The notes under the pieces are model-generated. The model saw only the letters and a list, made by a program, of their open reading frames with translations, was not told the DNA's origin and ran no database searches. From an uncultured Gammaproteobacteria bacterium (lineage in GTDB: Bacteria; Pseudomonadota; Gammaproteobacteria; CAWCPV01), in contig CAWCPV010000003.1 in the NCBI GenBank assembly GCA_963797555.1, positions 832,001-896,000 on the forward strand: DNA of 64,000 nucleotides, given 5' to 3'. The translations under genes were made by a program, and so were the position numbers. Numbering within the stretch: position 1 is the first letter of the stretch; each line of letters opens with the position of its first letter. Below, in pieces: positions 61,779-64,000 of the stretch.

Positions 61779-62477
61779 TCAGTTCACCGGAAGCTTGACC
61801 CGGAGGGATTCCCGGTCGAACCACCATTCGTCCTGCACCAGCACGTCGACGACGTTGCGCAGTCGCGGCAGAAAGCGCTCGGGATCGTCCAACTGGAGTC
61901 GCTTGACCCACGCGTCGAACCCTTCCTGGGACAGGACTCGACTATGACGCTGGGCGACTCCCCCCAGCAGTTGATTGGCGAAGAAACGTAGGGTCGGTGC
62001 CTGCTCATCCGACGCGCGCAGATCCACCACATAAACGGCAGCAGCTGCGGCCACTGCAGCACCGTCAGAGTCGTCGGGCGTCTCGTCGACCACGTGCTCC
62101 AGCATGGCGAGGGTCAGCCCAGGATCCACAGGGTAGGTGACCGCCAACCAGATACCCTGACCAAGCGCACTCAGCGAGCCCGGTTGCTCGGCTCGAAACA
62201 GGATGTCGCAGGCCTCGACCGCTTGGTTCCACGCCTCGGCGGCGTGGCATGTCTCGAAAGCCTGACGAGCTACCTGCCAGGCATCTTCGCTCCGCTGCAA
62301 GGCCAGCAGGGTGCGCGCCATCTCGAGTCTCACGGCGACACCCTCCAACGGATGAGCGTCGGACAGCTCGCGCAGCCTCTCCCGTTGAGCGTCGAGGTGT
62401 GATTGCAGCGCATCCGCCGATGCGCTTTCCCCTAGCGCATGCGGCGGCGCGGCCTCGCCCAGTCCAAGATAGTTCAT
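61779..62477 (-). CDS. TPR-like helical hypothetical protein
   Basis: AWQVARQAF, AVEACDILF, ALGQGIWLAVTYPVDP, VVDETPDDSDGAAVAAA, WWFDR. Confidence 0.75.
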   Translation of the reverse strand: MNYLGLGEAAPPHALGESASADALQSHLDAQRERLRELSDAHPLEGVAVRLEMARTLLALQRSEDAWQVARQAFETCHAAEAWNQAVEACDILFRAEQPGSLSALGQGIWLAVTYPVDPGLTLAMLEHVVDETPDDSDGAAVAAAAAVYVVDLRASDEQAPTLRFFANQLLGGVAQRHSRVLSQEGFDAWVKRLQLDDPERFLPRLRNVVDVLVQDEWWFDRESLRVKLPVN

Positions 62478-62511
62478 CGATCGCTCCGGAGTCCAGAGCC
62501 ATGCCGGCCCC

Positions 62512-62703
62512 TTACTTGATAGCCGCGCTGAACGCTGCCTCCAACCGGTCTTCCCAATCCTCCGGGGTGTCGGGGAATGGGGGCTTGACATCCATGCGGA
62601 AGAATACCTCGCCGCCTCGGGCGGCCTCCTGGACTACTTTCACCAAGTCATCGAACGACTGCAGCGTATGCTGGGAGATCAGTATCTCGCTTAGCCAGAG
62701 CAT
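62512..62703 (-). CDS. small acidic protein (often annotated as a sulfur relay protein)
   Basis: MLWLSEILI...FFRMDVKPPFPDTPEDWEDRLEAAF; GGGGAG RBS. Confidence 0.7.
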   Translation of the reverse strand: MLWLSEILISQHTLQSFDDLVKVVQEAARGGEVFFRMDVKPPFPDTPEDWEDRLEAAFSAAIK

Positions 62704-62718
62704 CACGCTCCCCGGGGA

Positions 62719-63663
62719 CTAAGCAGCGACCGCGCAGCCAGTTGCATCGATGCGGTCGTAGTATCTGGCCCGGTAGACTAGGCGCTGTCGGCCGATTCCG
62801 GCGTCGTCAACGAACGCAGTCCGGCTATGCAGCACGTTGTTGCAGACGATACCCTGCCCCGGCTCAAGGCGATGCCGCAACAAGTACGGGGACTCCGCCA
62901 AGAGGCACTGGAGGAACTCCACCGCCGCTCCAGTAGTCCGGTCGGGCTTCCAGTGGATGTTACGCTTGCGGGCCGTGTAACGCATATGGAGGCTGCCCGT
63001 GCCCGCATCCACCGAGAACACCGGACCGGACTGGGCAGCGCGGATCTCGCAACCGTCCTCCATGTTCGGCGGGATGGTCATGGCGTCTGTCTGCATCAGC
63101 GCCGACACAAGACGCGGATCGTGGTCACGCATCAGCAGATAGGCCATCTCGTGGTCGAACAACGCATTCTCGCCGCCACTCGCGGCGTCCTGGGCGCACA
63201 GCAGGATAAAGGCACGGATCCGCTGCGGCGGCGGATTATAATAGCCGTCCGTATGCCAGCTAAGCGGACGATTAGTGTAGGGTATATATCCTTGGTGCCT
63301 GCCCTCGGACTTCACCTGCACAGAGGTCACGCTATCTTCATCAGCGCACAAATTGAAGTCTAAGCGCCGCAACCCAAGCTGCTCACCGACGCTGCGCACC
63401 GCCGACTTGTCCACCGGTTGCGGGCGCCGGCAGGCGAAGATAGCCGTATTTGTTTTGTGACAAGCTCGCAAGATCGCCTCCCGCTCCCCGCGGGTCAGGG
63501 AAAACAGATCCCGAACCTCGACTAACAGGTCATCGGCCGAACGCGGGTAGCCCGAAACTTTCCGGTCGCGCCATCTTTCGTATGCCGACTGAGCACTGAG
63601 ATCGAAAGGCCCAAGCCCATCCCAGCTTAGCCGAGATGCCAGGCCTGCCACCTGCACCTCCAC
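62719..63663 (-). CDS. TauD/TfdA-family 2OG-Fe(II) dioxygenase
   Basis: YIPYTNRPLSWHTDGYY, GGENAL, HMRYTAR, NNVLHSRTAF, YRARYYDR. Confidence 0.88.
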   Translation of the reverse strand: MEVQVAGLASRLSWDGLGPFDLSAQSAYERWRDRKVSGYPRSADDLLVEVRDLFSLTRGEREAILRACHKTNTAIFACRRPQPVDKSAVRSVGEQLGLRRLDFNLCADEDSVTSVQVKSEGRHQGYIPYTNRPLSWHTDGYYNPPPQRIRAFILLCAQDAASGGENALFDHEMAYLLMRDHDPRLVSALMQTDAMTIPPNMEDGCEIRAAQSGPVFSVDAGTGSLHMRYTARKRNIHWKPDRTTGAAVEFLQCLLAESPYLLRHRLEPGQGIVCNNVLHSRTAFVDDAGIGRQRLVYRARYYDRIDATGCAVAA

Positions 63664-64000
63664 GAGCGCGAAACACGTGCCACAGCATGCACCTCGACTC
63701 TACTTCATGCAGCCCGGCAGGCTGCAAAAGCTATCGTCAGCAATCCACCGGACAACGTCATGGTAACCAATAAATCATAATAAAGTTGGGCGCTTATGTA
63801 AACCGGGCGGAAACGCCAAAGAACTGGCGCATTTCTGGCACCGCCTGCCTCCGGAAACACGCGCATGCCGGCGGATGGCGCCGGCATCTGCAGCCGCCTG
63901 GCCGAGCGCCAAAACGCCGACGCCGGGACGTGGGCAGCACTCCGGGGAAAGTGCGGCAGGGGACCCTGGACAGCGGGGGCATGGCAGACGTGTTGAGCGC

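Noticed and set aside
1-64000. CRISPR array or other cas genes to accompany cas6
   Set aside because: No regularly spaced 25-40 bp repeats and no Cas1/3/5/7/8-like ORFs were seen by eye; an array outside the window cannot be excluded.
1-64000. tRNA or rRNA genes
   Set aside because: No cloverleaf with a T-loop and acceptor stem and no rRNA-like segment was recognised; GGTTCGA near 46944 lacks tRNA context.

Overview
High-GC bacterial DNA, most consistent with a sulfur-oxidising gammaproteobacterium (dsrS, DsrC/TusE-fold genes, an Alvin_2107-like gene). From 1 to 9.5 kb lies the end of a surface-polysaccharide locus (rhamnosyltransferase; a GT2/coiled-coil/HAD/phosphoribosyltransferase fusion), followed by a graveyard of IS relics. 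From 9.6 to 36 kb are housekeeping and accessory genes: PQQ sugar dehydrogenase, RNase II family, LysR, osmoprotectant ABC transporter, transglutaminase, ptsP, hisG, folD, argS, SPOR protein, DAHP synthase, an RND pump and glcD, with several decayed genes and an attC-like site. From 36 to 45 kb are a Ni/Co permease, an ISL3 nested in an IS630, IS4 and ISNCY relics, and phasin-phaA-phaB-phaR. From 45 to 64 kb is a dense island of small sulfur-oxidiser genes around dsrS. The best candidate for an undescribed system is a tight minus-strand operon (TauD dioxygenase, small acidic protein, TPR-like protein, Cas6/Cmx6-like RAMP nuclease, Cys-less DsrC-fold protein, small protein) with no CRISPR array or other cas gene in the window, suggesting a Cas6 repurposed for sulfur-metabolism regulation. 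Three ISL3 copies carry 8-bp target duplications. Many single-base frameshifts in otherwise intact genes suggest long-read indel errors, so pseudogene calls need caution. All family calls come from motif recognition by eye; no database search was run.
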